This document shows, in pieces, positions 47,596 to 56,926 of a stretch of DNA of 64,000 nt. Origin of the DNA: Anaeromyxobacteraceae bacterium (GTDB lineage Bacteria; Myxococcota; Myxococcia; Myxococcales; Anaeromyxobacteraceae); the NCBI GenBank assembly GCA_047602405.1, contig JASGHJ010000002.1, forward strand, positions 2,432,001-2,496,000. Reading direction: 5' to 3'. Positions within the stretch are counted from its first letter, which is position 1. Each line of letters begins with the position of its first letter. Made by a program: the position numbers and the translations under genes. The notes under the pieces are model-generated. The model ran no database searches. It was not told the DNA's origin and worked only from the letters and a program-made list of their open reading frames with translations.

Positions 47596-48120
47596 ATGGC
47601 CGACCTCGTCCTCACCCTCATCGGACCCGACCGCCCGGGCATCGTGGAGTCCGTCGCCGGCCCCGTCGCCGCGCACGGCGGCAGCTGGCTCGAGAGCCGG
47701 ATGGCCCAGCTCGCCGGGCAGTTCGCGGGCATCCTGCGCGTCGAGGTCCCGGACGCGCGGGTGAGCGAGCTCATCCAGGCCCTGCGCGCGCTCGAGGCGA
47801 AGGGCCTGCGGCTCGTGGTGGAGTCGACGCCGCGGGCGCCCGAGCCGCGCGAGCGGCGGCCGCTCGAGCTCGACCTCGTCGGCCTCGACCGGCCCGGCAT
47901 CGTGCGGGAGATCGCCCGCGCCCTCGCCGATCACGGCGTGAACATCGAGGAGCTCGTCACCGACCGGGTCGACGCGCCGATGTCGGGCGAGAAGCTTTTC
48001 CGCACCCGCGCGCACCTCACGGTGCCGAAGGGCGCCGACGCGGCGAAGCTGCAGGCCACGCTCGAGAAGGTCGCGGCGGACCTGTCGGTCGAGCTGACGC
48101 TGGCGGAGCCGGGGAAGTAG
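47596..48120 (+). CDS. Glycine cleavage system regulator GcvR-like (2x ACT)
   Basis: LIGPDRPGIV...WLESRM..LAGQFAG; VGLDRPGIV...VNIEEL. Confidence 0.88.
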   Translation: MADLVLTLIGPDRPGIVESVAGPVAAHGGSWLESRMAQLAGQFAGILRVEVPDARVSELIQALRALEAKGLRLVVESTPRAPEPRERRPLELDLVGLDRPGIVREIARALADHGVNIEELVTDRVDAPMSGEKLFRTRAHLTVPKGADAAKLQATLEKVAADLSVELTLAEPGK

Positions 48121-48126
48121 CCGGGG

Positions 48127-48177
48127 CGTCCCTCGTCTTCGGCCCGCCGATGGCGGGCCTACGCTCGGGACGAACGG
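48127..48177. repeat. REP-like palindromic element, copy 2
   Basis: cgtccc-tcgtcttc-GGCCCGCC gat GGCGGGCC-tacgctc-gggacg-aacgg; between convergent genes. Confidence 0.8.
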
Positions 48178-48178
48178 G

Positions 48179-49022
48179 CTATCTGGACATGAGCGACTTC
48201 AGGGCCGCCGGCAGCGCGAGCACGGCCGCGAGGGCGACCATGGTGGCGCCGGTCGGCAGCTCGAGCAGCCACGAGAGCACGTAGCCGCCCGCGGCGGAGG
48301 CGACCCCGAGGCCGGCGGCGGCCAGGAACGCGGTCCGGAACCGCAGCCCGAGCCCCAGCGCGGCGGTCGCGGGCAGCGTCAGGAACGCGAAGACCGGCAG
48401 CGCCCCCACCGACCGCGCCGTGGGCGGGATGGCGAGGCCGATGGTCAGGAACAGCACCGCGTCCCACCGGCGCACGTTCACGCCGACCGCCTGCGCGCTC
48501 TCGCCGTCGAACGACGCGAACGCGATCTCCTTCGCGAAGAGGCACGTGCAGGGCGAGGCACACCCCGGCGACCACGAGCGTGAAGACGAGGTCGCTCACC
48601 GGCACCGCGACCGCGTTGCCGAAGAGGATGCCGCCGAGATCGTGGGCGGCGTGCACGAGCTGGGAGATGCCGAGCACCACGAGGGCGGAGGCGACCACCC
48701 AGGCCGTGCCGACGGCCGCCTCGGCGGGCAGCCGGCGCGGGCGGAAGGCCCCCAGCACGAGCGCGCCCACGACGGCGAACACGAGCGCCACCACGAGCTG
48801 CTCGGTCGGGTGCTCGGTCTCGACGTGGAACCGCTCCTCGAGGAGCAGCGTCGCGACCAGGCCGAGCGTCGAGAGCTGGGTGAGCGCCGCCGACACGAAG
48901 ACCGTCCGGCGGAGCACGACGTAGACGCCGAGCGCCCCGAGGAGCGCGCCCGCCGCGATCGACGCCGCGAGCGGCACCTGCCACAGCTCGCGCGCCGCGA
49001 GGAAGTCCTGGAGGCCGTTCAC
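48179..49022 (-). CDS. Zn/Mn ABC transporter permease (ZnuB-like); apparent frameshift at ~48541
   Basis: LGVYVVLRRTVFVSAAL, ILFGN, (LFAKEIAFASFD), VGALPVFAFLTLPA, LPTGATMV. Confidence 0.88.
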
Positions 49023-49780
49023 GGGCGGGCCTCCGAGACCGGGTAGACGAACCGCTTGCCGTCCACCTCGCGCACCGCGACCGGGCGCCCGTAGAGCGCC
49101 CCGAGCGCCTCGGGGACGAGCATCTCGGCCGTCGCGCCGACGCGGAAGAGCGGCTTGTCCTTGTCCACGAAGGCGAGCCGCGCGGGCGCGGAGGCCACGG
49201 TGTCGAGCCGGTGCGAGACCATCACGATCGCGAGGCCCCCGCCCCCGTGGAGGTCCTTCAGGAAGTCGGTGAGGGCGAGCTCGGCGGCGGGGTCCATGCC
49301 GCTCGTGGGCTCGTCGAGCACGAGGAGCTCCGGCTCGGCCGCCAGCGCCCGCGCGATGAGCGTGCGCTGGCGCTGGCCGCCGGAGAGCTCGCCGAACTGC
49401 TTTTCGGCGACGTGCGAGAGCCCCACCCGCTCGAGCGCGTGGGCCGCGGCCGCCCGGTCCGCCGCGCCGAGCCGCCGGAGCGGCCCCGCGAGCGCGGTCC
49501 GCCCCTGGAGCACCACCTCGGCCGCGGTGAACGGCCAGGCGGTGTCGACGTGCTCGCGCTGCGGGACGTAGCCGACCCGCACCGGCCGCGGCCGGTCGAG
49601 CCGGCCATGGACGAGGGGGATGGCCCCGATGAGCGTGCGGACGAGGGTGGTCTTGCCGCCGCCGTTCGGGCCGACGACCGCGAGGAAGTCGCCCTCCGGG
49701 ATGGCGAGGTCGATCCCATCGAGGAGCGGGCGCCGGCCGTGGCCGATGGCCGCGCCGGCGAGCGAGACGAGGTGGCTCAC
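49019..49780 (-). CDS. Zn/Mn ABC transporter ATP-binding protein (ZnuC-like)
   Basis: GPNGGGKTT, GYVPQ, LSGGQRQR, LDEPT, SH. Confidence 0.93.
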   Translation of the reverse strand: MSHLVSLAGAAIGHGRRPLLDGIDLAIPEGDFLAVVGPNGGGKTTLVRTLIGAIPLVHGRLDRPRPVRVGYVPQREHVDTAWPFTAAEVVLQGRTALAGPLRRLGAADRAAAAHALERVGLSHVAEKQFGELSGGQRQRTLIARALAAEPELLVLDEPTSGMDPAAELALTDFLKDLHGGGGLAIVMVSHRLDTVASAPARLAFVDKDKPLFRVGATAEMLVPEALGALYGRPVAVREVDGKRFVYPVSEARP

Positions 49781-50682
49781 TTCAGCGCCTCCGCCACCCG
49801 CTTCACGATTGCGTCCAGGAAGGCCTCGTAGGTCTTCACGCCCGCCTCGCCCCCGACCTCGCCCGGGATCGCGACGACCTTCGCGCCGGAGTGGCTCGCG
49901 ACGACGTCGGCCGACTTCCGGTCGTAGAAGTTCTCGACCACGATGGCCTTCACGCCCTGGCGCTTCGCGATCTCGACGAGCTCGGCGAGGTGCCCGGGCG
50001 GCGGCGGCACGCCGGGCCTGGGCTCCAGCTCGCCGGCCGACACGAGCCCGGACCAGTCGAGGAAGTACGTGAAGGTCCGGTGCTGGGTGAAGATCGGCCT
50101 CCCCTTCACCGGCGCGAGCTCCGCCTTCCAGCGCGCGAGCGCCTGGTCCATGCGGCCGGAGAAGGCCTTCGCGCGCTCCTGGTAGGCCTGGGCCTTCCCC
50201 GGGTCGAGCTCGGCGAGCCTCGCGGCGATGGCGCTCGCGACCTGCGCGGCCCGGCGCGGGTCGGTGAGGAAGTGCGGGTTGCCGGCGGGGTGGAGGTCGC
50301 CCCGGCTGCGGTCGACGGGGCCGCTCGGCTGGTCGAGCACGCTCACGGCCGAGGCGGCGGTGAGCCGGCGCTTCCCGCCCGGGAGGATGTCGGCGTTGCG
50401 CGACTGCACGACGAGCGGCGGCAGCCAGCCGATCTCGAGGTCGAGGCCGACGTCGACGAGGAGGTCGGCGTTGCGCAGCTTCACGGTGAGGATGGGGTTC
50501 GCGTCGACGAAGTGCGGGTCCTGGATGCCCTTCGCGAGCGACTCGACCTTCGCGTCGGGGCCGGCGACCTCGGTCGCGAGCGCGGCGAGGGTCTCGGTGG
50601 TGGTGACGACCTTCGGGGCCGCCGCGGTGGCGAGCGGCAGCGCGAGCAGGGCGGCGAGGACGGCGAGCTTCCTGGGGTGCAT
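49777..50682 (-). CDS. Zn/Mn ABC transporter substrate-binding protein (ZnuA/TroA-like)
   Basis: QDPHFV, GLDLEIGWL, GDLHPAGNPHF, QHRTFTY, EPRPGVPP. Confidence 0.93.
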   Translation of the reverse strand: MHPRKLAVLAALLALPLATAAAPKVVTTTETLAALATEVAGPDAKVESLAKGIQDPHFVDANPILTVKLRNADLLVDVGLDLEIGWLPPLVVQSRNADILPGGKRRLTAASAVSVLDQPSGPVDRSRGDLHPAGNPHFLTDPRRAAQVASAIAARLAELDPGKAQAYQERAKAFSGRMDQALARWKAELAPVKGRPIFTQHRTFTYFLDWSGLVSAGELEPRPGVPPPPGHLAELVEIAKRQGVKAIVVENFYDRKSADVVASHSGAKVVAIPGEVGGEAGVKTYEAFLDAIVKRVAEALK

Positions 50683-50693
50683 GGCGTTGGCTC

Positions 50694-51731
50694 CTAGAAC
50701 GGGTGCGCGCCGTGCGCGCCGATGCCGAACTCGAGGTTGAGGAGGGCGGTGAGGGCGTGCGCGCCGCCCGGCAGGGCGTCGCGCGAGACCTCGAGGCGGA
50801 TCCGCTCGAACTCCGACGGCAGCCAGGCGAGCAGGCCGACCACGCGCTCGGCGTCGCCGCCCTCGGCCGGGGCGCGCTCGTACCGCGCGCCCGCGCCGTG
50901 GTACGGCCCGAACCGGTAGAAGGCCTGCGCCCACCAGCCCTGCTCGAAGGACTCCGACACCGCCGGGACGTTCACGAACCGCCGGGCGTAGAGCTCCGCC
51001 GAAACGGTCAGGTAGGAGCGCGAGTCGGGCGGGCGGACCTTGAGGAACAGATCGGCCCCCGCGAGGTCGCGGAACTGGCCGGGCGCCTCGTCGCGGCGCG
51101 CGGCCGAGAGGCCGAGCCCGAGCGTGGCGCCGTCGCCCACCTCGAAGAACTGGGCGAGCCGGGCGGTGCCGGTGAGGCGCGCGGCGTCGGCGGCGGTCGG
51201 GGCGGTGCTCTGGGCGGCGAGGTGCAGCTCCGCGAACCAGGGCGTCGGCACGAGCCAGGAGACGTCCACGCCGGCGCCCGACAGCGACTCCTCGGCGAGG
51301 AGGCCCACCGCGAGCGGCCCCTCGAGGAACTCCTGCACGTGCGGGTGGGTCTGGTTGAGGCGCCCGAAGGGCGTCTTGAACTTGCCGGCCTTGAGCTGCA
51401 GGCCGGCCGGGAGCGCGAGCGAGGTGACGTAGGCCTCCTCGACGGAGACCTCCCCGGACGAGAACGAGATGAACGCGTCGGCGCGGAGGTAGGGATTGAC
51501 CACGGCCTGCAGGCCGAGCTCGAGCTCCTCGAACCTGAACTCGGGCTTCTTCGTCCGGTCGTCCCAGGCGAGCGACACGTTGCCGATGGCGGAGATGTCC
51601 GGGAGCATCAGCACCCGGGCGAAGGGGTTGCCGCCCTGCGCGGGCGGGGTGGAGGAGGGATCCTGGGCGAGGACGCTGCCGGCTTGTGCGGCGAGCAGGG
51701 CCACGAGGGCCCCGCGGAGGAACGGGTGCAT
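50694..51731 (-). CDS. Zinc-regulated outer-membrane receptor/porin
   Basis: PDISAIG, ELELGLQAVV(N)PY, EEAY, FGRLNQTHPH, PSEF, C-terminal GAHGAHPF. Confidence 0.85.
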   Translation of the reverse strand: MHPFLRGALVALLAAQAGSVLAQDPSSTPPAQGGNPFARVLMLPDISAIGNVSLAWDDRTKKPEFRFEELELGLQAVVNPYLRADAFISFSSGEVSVEEAYVTSLALPAGLQLKAGKFKTPFGRLNQTHPHVQEFLEGPLAVGLLAEESLSGAGVDVSWLVPTPWFAELHLAAQSTAPTAADAARLTGTARLAQFFEVGDGATLGLGLSAARRDEAPGQFRDLAGADLFLKVRPPDSRSYLTVSAELYARRFVNVPAVSESFEQGWWAQAFYRFGPYHGAGARYERAPAEGGDAERVVGLLAWLPSEFERIRLEVSRDALPGGAHALTALLNLEFGIGAHGAHPF

Positions 51732-51790
51732 GGAGGTCTCCGGGCGCGCGCGGGCGCCGCGAACGTGGTCGGGATGGACGGAGGGCCCGA

Positions 51791-52048
51791 CTACGCCGGC
51801 GGAGACTGGCCCGGGATCGCGCCCAGGGGCGCGCCGGTCACGGGAGGGAGCCCGGGCGCCCGCGCGGCCTCGCCGGCCGGGACGTCGACGGGCTCGAGAT
51901 CCACGACCTCGGTCCCGACGGCGTCGGCGGCGCGGACGACGCACGCGGCGCACCGCTCCTCGGCGTGCGGCCGCCCGGCGTCCACGTGCGGCGTGAGCCC
52001 CGCGGCGAGGACGGTGACGGCGACGACGGCGGCGAGGAGGTGCTTCAC
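51791..52048 (-). CDS. Small leader-type protein (85 aa), DUF2946-like: TM, His, CxxC, Pro-rich C-terminus
   Basis: VKHLLAAVVAVTVLAAGLTPHVDAGRPHAEERCAAC...AIPGQSPPA*; 59 nt upstream of the receptor gene. Confidence 0.7.
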   Translation of the reverse strand: MKHLLAAVVAVTVLAAGLTPHVDAGRPHAEERCAACVVRAADAVGTEVVDLEPVDVPAGEAARAPGLPPVTGAPLGAIPGQSPPA

Positions 52049-52082
52049 CGGACGGATACTTGGTCGCGACCTCGACGCGCTG

Positions 52083-53265
52083 TCAAGGTGATGTGGGTCC
52101 CACGACCCCGGCGGAGCGCAGCGCGGCGATTCTCGTCGTCGCCGAGGCCGGCCTCGGAGAGGACGTCCCGCGAGTGCTCGCCGACCCGCGGTGCGGGCCG
52201 GCGAGGGGCCTGCGCCCCGGCGAGCCGGACGGGGCTCGCGACGCCCGGGAGCGCCCGCCCCTCCCACGGGGTCTCGATCTCGAGGAACGCCCCGCGGGCC
52301 GCGAGGTGGGGATCCCTCAGGACCTCGTCGCCCTCGCGCACCGGCGCGACGCAGGCGTCGTGCTCGGCCGCGAACGCCTCCCACTCCGCGTGCGTGCGCG
52401 CGAGGAAGATCGCCTCGAGCTCCGCGCGGGGCCCGCGGCCGTCCTCCTCGAACTGCCGCCCGGCGAGCTCCGGGCGCCCCACCGCCGCGCAGAACGCGGC
52501 GAAGAACTTCGGCTCGAGCGCGCCGAGCGCGACGTGCCGGCCGTCCCGGGTGCGGTACACGCCGTAGCAGGCCGTCCCGCCGGAGAGCAGCTCTCGCCCG
52601 CGCGCGAGCGGCGTGCCCCGCGCCTGCGCCATCGCGAGCGGGAGCGTCATCAGCGCGAGCGCGCCCTCGAGCATGGAGACGTCCACGTGGGTCCCCTGCC
52701 CGCTCCGCTCCCGCCCGAGGAGCGCCGCGAGGATGCCCGCGACCGCCGGCCACGAGCCGCCCGCGATGTCCGCGACCTGCACGCCCGGCGCGGCCGGCCG
52801 GTCCGGCGGCCCGCCGAGGCCGAGCACGCCCGAGAGCGCCACGTAGTCGAGGTCGTGCCCGGCGCGGGCGGCGTAGGGGCCGTCCTGCCCGTAGCCGGTG
52901 ATCGACGAGAGCACGAGGCGGGGGTTCTCGCGGTGGAGCACCTCCCAGCCGAGCCCCATGCGCGCGAGCACGCCGGGCCGGAACGACTCCACCACCACGT
53001 CGGCCCGGCGCGCGAGCCTGAGGAAGGTCGCGACGCCCTCCGGTCGGCGCAGGTCGAGCCCGAGCGAGCGCTTGTTGCGGTTGAGGGCGTGGAAGGCGCC
53101 GGACTGCTCGCCCGCGAGGGGTGGCACGTGGCGGAGCAGGTCGCCCAGGCCCGGGTCCTCGACCTTCACGACGTCGGCCCCGAGGTCGGCGAGCAGGAGC
53201 GTCGCGTACGGCCCGGGCAGGAGCCGCGAGAGGTCGAGGACGCGGACGCCGTCGAGGGGGAGCAT
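52083..53265 (-). CDS. CaiB/BaiF class III CoA-transferase; apparent frameshift near the 3' end (~52130)
   Basis: VRVLDLSRLLPGP, NRNKRS, ESFRPGV, AGHDLDY, GEHS; corrected end DDEIAALRSAGVVGPTSP*. Confidence 0.92.
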
Positions 53266-53282
53266 GGCCGCCCCCGTGCGCG

Positions 53283-53612
53283 CTACAGGATCGACACGAG
53301 CTTCAGCGCGAGCCCCATGTCGCCCTGGATCTTGAGCTTGCCGGACATGAACGCCATCTGCGGGTTCATCTTGCCGTTCACGATCGACAGGAAGTCGGCG
53401 TCGGTCGCCGTCACCGTGCACCTCGCGCCGGGTGCGCTGCCGGTGACGACCTTCCCGCCGGGGGCGGTGCAGTCGACCGCCCAGGAGCCGCCGCCGGGGC
53501 CGGTGATGACGAACTGGTAGATGGCGTTGATCTTCGCCGCGACGTCCGGCTTCGCCTGGAGCTTCGCAGGGATGTGGACGTCGAAGACTTCGCTCACGCT
53601 CGCGACGGGCAT
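53283..53612 (-). CDS. SCP2 sterol-binding domain protein
   Basis: YQFVITG, NPQMAFMSGKLKIQGDMGLALKL. Confidence 0.93.
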   Translation of the reverse strand: MPVASVSEVFDVHIPAKLQAKPDVAAKINAIYQFVITGPGGGSWAVDCTAPGGKVVTGSAPGARCTVTATDADFLSIVNGKMNPQMAFMSGKLKIQGDMGLALKLVSIL

Positions 53613-53653
53613 GGTCCACCCCCGGCCTGACCGGCAAATCGGGATGGAACCTA

Positions 53654-54034
53654 CTACGTCCGCGGCCGCGCCGCGAGGTCGCCGACCGTGCCGAGGAGCG
53701 CCTCGGGGTCGACCGGCTTCACGAGCACGGCGTCGACCTCGTGCCCCCGCGCCCGCGCGATGTCGTCGCGGTCCGCCCAGCCGGTCACCACCACCACCGG
53801 CACGCTCGGCGCGATGGCCTTCGCCGCGCGGGCCACCTCGAGGCCGCCCATGCCCGGCATGCCGACGTCGGTGAGGACCACCGCCACGGCCTGCTCCGAG
53901 AGCACCTTGAGGCCCTCCTGCCCCGTGGCGGCGGACACGACCTCCCAGCCGGAGGTCTCGAGGACCTCGGCCATGAGCTCGCGGTTGTCGTCGTCGTCCT
54001 CGACCAGCAGGATGCGCAGGGGTGCGGGGGCCAT
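53654..54034 (-). CDS. Single-domain response regulator
   Basis: ILLVEDD, TDVGMPGMGG, VTGW, KPVD. Confidence 0.92.
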   Translation of the reverse strand: MAPAPLRILLVEDDDDNRELMAEVLETSGWEVVSAATGQEGLKVLSEQAVAVVLTDVGMPGMGGLEVARAAKAIAPSVPVVVVTGWADRDDIARARGHEVDAVLVKPVDPEALLGTVGDLAARPRT

Positions 54035-54135
54035 GTTGAGCCCATGAGTTGAGCACGGCGCCCGGCCCGCGGCGGCGTCTCGCTCGGGGCCCGCCCCTTC
54101 GTCGCACCCGCGCGCGGAGGCCGGTCGTCGCCCCG

Positions 54136-55968
54136 CTACGCCTCGCCGCCCTTCCCGTCCGCGTAGAAGGCGTCGAGCACGGCCCTGTACTGCTGCGTGA
54201 CGAGCTTTCGCTTCACCTTGAGCGTCGGGGTGAGCTCCCCGCCCTCGACCGTGAAGTCCTTGGGGATGATCGCGAACTTCTTGATGGTCGAGTAGCTCGC
54301 CTGCTTGGCGTTGAGCGCGTCGACCGACCGCTGGATGCGTGCGATCACGCGGGGGTCCTGGTGGAGCGCCGCGCCGGGCGGGACGCCGTTCTCGGCGGCC
54401 CACTTCTTCGCGTTCTCCTCGTTGAGGGTGACGAGCGCCGAGAGGAACTTGCGCTTGTCGCCGTGGACCATGACCTGCGAGACGAGGTTGTCGGTCTTGA
54501 GGTCGTTCTCGAGGTTCTGGGGCGCGACGTTCTTGCCGCCCGCGGTGACGATGATGTCCTTCTTGCGATCGGTGATCTTGAGGCGGCCCTGCGCGTCGAG
54601 CTGGCCGATGTCCCCCGTGTAGAACCAGCCGCCCTTGATCGCCTCGGCGGTCGCCTCGGGGCTCCGGTAGTACTCCTTCATCACGCCCGGCCCCCTGATG
54701 AGGATCTCGCCGTCCTCGGCGATCTTCACCTCGGTGCCCGGGATGGCCGGGCCGACCGTGCCGATCTTCACCTGGCCCGGGCGGTTCACGAAGCTCGCCG
54801 CGGAGGTCTCGGTGAGCCCGTAGCCCTCGAGGATCACGAAGCCCAGCTGCTCGAAGAAGTAGGCGATCTTGGTCGAGAGCGGCGCGCCGCCCGAGACGAA
54901 GAGGCGCATGCGCCCCCCGAAGCGCTCGGCGAGCGCCGCCTTCAGCTTCGGGAAGATGAGCTTCCGCGCGATGACCATCTTCAGCCCGGTGTACTCCTTC
55001 CCGGCGTCGCGGGCGTTCGCGTACGCCTCGAAGCCCTCCATCGCGAGCTGGAAGAGCTTGCCCTTCAGGCCCGGGGTGGCGAGGCCCTTCGAGACCACGG
55101 TGTTGAACGCCTTCTCGAAGATGCGGGGCACCGCCGGCATGATTGTCGGCCGCACCTCCGAGGCGTTGTCCATGATCTTCTCGAGCGACTCGACGAACGC
55201 GCCCTCGGCGCCGGTCCGGAACCAGACCGCCTGGATCACCTTCGCGAACGAGTGCGCGAAGGGCAGGAACTGGAGGAGCACGTCGTCGGGCCGGACGATT
55301 TGCATCCCGGCCACCGCGTCGGCCTCGTAGACCCAGTTGGCGTGCGTGAGCACGACGCCCTTCGGGTTGCCGGTCGTGCCCGAGGTGTAGATGAAGCTCG
55401 CGGGCGCGTCGGCGCCGACCGCGGCGGTCCGCGCCTCGTGGGCCTGGGGGTTCGCCTTCCTCCACTCGACGCCGGCCTTCTCGAGATTGGCGAGGGAGCG
55501 CTCGAACGCGTCGGCCGGGCGGCCCTCCGCGCGGATGAGGCCCTTGAGGCTCGGGCACTCGCCCTTGATCTCGCGGATCTTCGCGACCTGGGCGGCGGTG
55601 TCGCAGAAGATCCAGCTCGCCCCGGAGTCCTGCAGGATGTACTGGACCTCGTGCGGCTTGTTGGACTGGTAGATCGTGACGGTGATCGCCGCCGCGCCGA
55701 GCACGCCGAGGTCGGCGAGCACCCACTCGAGCTGCGTCTCGCCGATGACCGCCACACGGTCGCCCGGCTTCACGCCCAGCGAGGCGAGGCCGTCGGCGAC
55801 GTCGCGCGCGCGCCGCGCCATCTCGGCCCAGGACACGGTCGCCCACCTGCCGTCCCGCTTGTGGTGGACGGCGGTGGCCTGCCCGCGCGCCCGCGCGGTC
55901 GCCTCGAACATCCGGACGATGTTGGCGCCTCCGGCTGCCCCCGCGCTCATCTCGGCCTCGGCCCTCAT
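54136..55968 (-). CDS. Long-chain fatty acid-CoA ligase
   Basis: YTSGTTGNPKG, EGYGLTE, TGDIG, DRKKDII, LTPTLKVKR. Confidence 0.95.
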   Translation of the reverse strand: MRAEAEMSAGAAGGANIVRMFEATARARGQATAVHHKRDGRWATVSWAEMARRARDVADGLASLGVKPGDRVAVIGETQLEWVLADLGVLGAAAITVTIYQSNKPHEVQYILQDSGASWIFCDTAAQVAKIREIKGECPSLKGLIRAEGRPADAFERSLANLEKAGVEWRKANPQAHEARTAAVGADAPASFIYTSGTTGNPKGVVLTHANWVYEADAVAGMQIVRPDDVLLQFLPFAHSFAKVIQAVWFRTGAEGAFVESLEKIMDNASEVRPTIMPAVPRIFEKAFNTVVSKGLATPGLKGKLFQLAMEGFEAYANARDAGKEYTGLKMVIARKLIFPKLKAALAERFGGRMRLFVSGGAPLSTKIAYFFEQLGFVILEGYGLTETSAASFVNRPGQVKIGTVGPAIPGTEVKIAEDGEILIRGPGVMKEYYRSPEATAEAIKGGWFYTGDIGQLDAQGRLKITDRKKDIIVTAGGKNVAPQNLENDLKTDNLVSQVMVHGDKRKFLSALVTLNEENAKKWAAENGVPPGAALHQDPRVIARIQRSVDALNAKQASYSTIKKFAIIPKDFTVEGGELTPTLKVKRKLVTQQYRAVLDAFYADGKGGEA

Positions 55969-55973
55969 GGTCG

Positions 55974-56750
55974 TCACCTCTTCTCCGTTCGCGCGAGCTT
56001 CTGCCGCGCCATCGCCTGGAACCTTCGCTCCTCGGGCGCGTCGTAGCGGCCGGGCTCCCCGGCCGCCGCGCGCTCGAGCTCGGCCCGCGCCTTCGCGGGC
56101 TCGTCTTCCTTCTCGTAGAGGTCGGCGAGGTACACCCTCGCCCGCACGTTGTCCGGGTTGAGCTTCAGGGCCGCCTGGAGCGCCCGCTCGGACTTCTTCC
56201 CGTCGTACTTCGGCCACGGCAGCTTGAACCAGAAGCGGCCCCACGCCGTCGGGATCGCGCCGCCGGAGTAGCCGGGGTCGATCTTCTCCGCGTGGGAGAG
56301 CCGGTCCTTGAACTTGCCCTCGATGCCCTGCGAGAGCGCCTTCAGGATCCCGATGCCGAGCGAGTACTGCCCCATGTCCACGGCGGCGAAGTGCCAGCCC
56401 TCGACGCGCGACGGATCGAGCGCGATGGCCTTCTCGGCGTGCTCCCAGCCGATCTTGCCGAGCTTCGACTTCTCGTCGTCGGAGATCGCCGGATCGTCCG
56501 AGAGCCACGAGTAGAGCCGGGCGAGGCGCCACTCGAGCTCGTAGTCGGCCGGGCCCTCCTGCTCCGCGGCGGCGAGGCCGGCCTTCAGCTTCTCGAGCTC
56601 GCCGGGCTCGTCGCGTCGGTCGTACGCGCGGTCAACCTCGGCGAAGCGGACGTCGGCGGGGGCGGCGGCCGGGGCGGCCTCCCGGGCGGGGGCCTCCTCG
56701 GCGAGGTTCACGGTCGCCCAGAGGGCGAGCACTGCCAGAGGAGTGGGCAT
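55974..56750 (-). CDS. Secreted TPR-like protein
   Basis: Signal-like N-terminus; WRLARL, AEKAIALDP, GRFWFKLPWP, ALKLNPDN. Confidence 0.8.
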   Translation of the reverse strand: MPTPLAVLALWATVNLAEEAPAREAAPAAAPADVRFAEVDRAYDRRDEPGELEKLKAGLAAAEQEGPADYELEWRLARLYSWLSDDPAISDDEKSKLGKIGWEHAEKAIALDPSRVEGWHFAAVDMGQYSLGIGILKALSQGIEGKFKDRLSHAEKIDPGYSGGAIPTAWGRFWFKLPWPKYDGKKSERALQAALKLNPDNVRARVYLADLYEKEDEPAKARAELERAAAGEPGRYDAPEERRFQAMARQKLARTEKR

Positions 56751-56926
56751 CCGAAGCTTGCTTTATGCAGCTTTTTCGTCCCGTGGGCAGGCTCCGTTCG
56801 GAGCGTCCGTTCACCGTGCGTGATCTGGTGTCCTGGCGCCGCAGGCCCGACAGGGTCTCATGCGCTGCGTCATGCCTGCGAAGCGCAGCGGAGCAGATCC
56901 GGGGAGGCCCGTCCGTCCCTCGAAAC

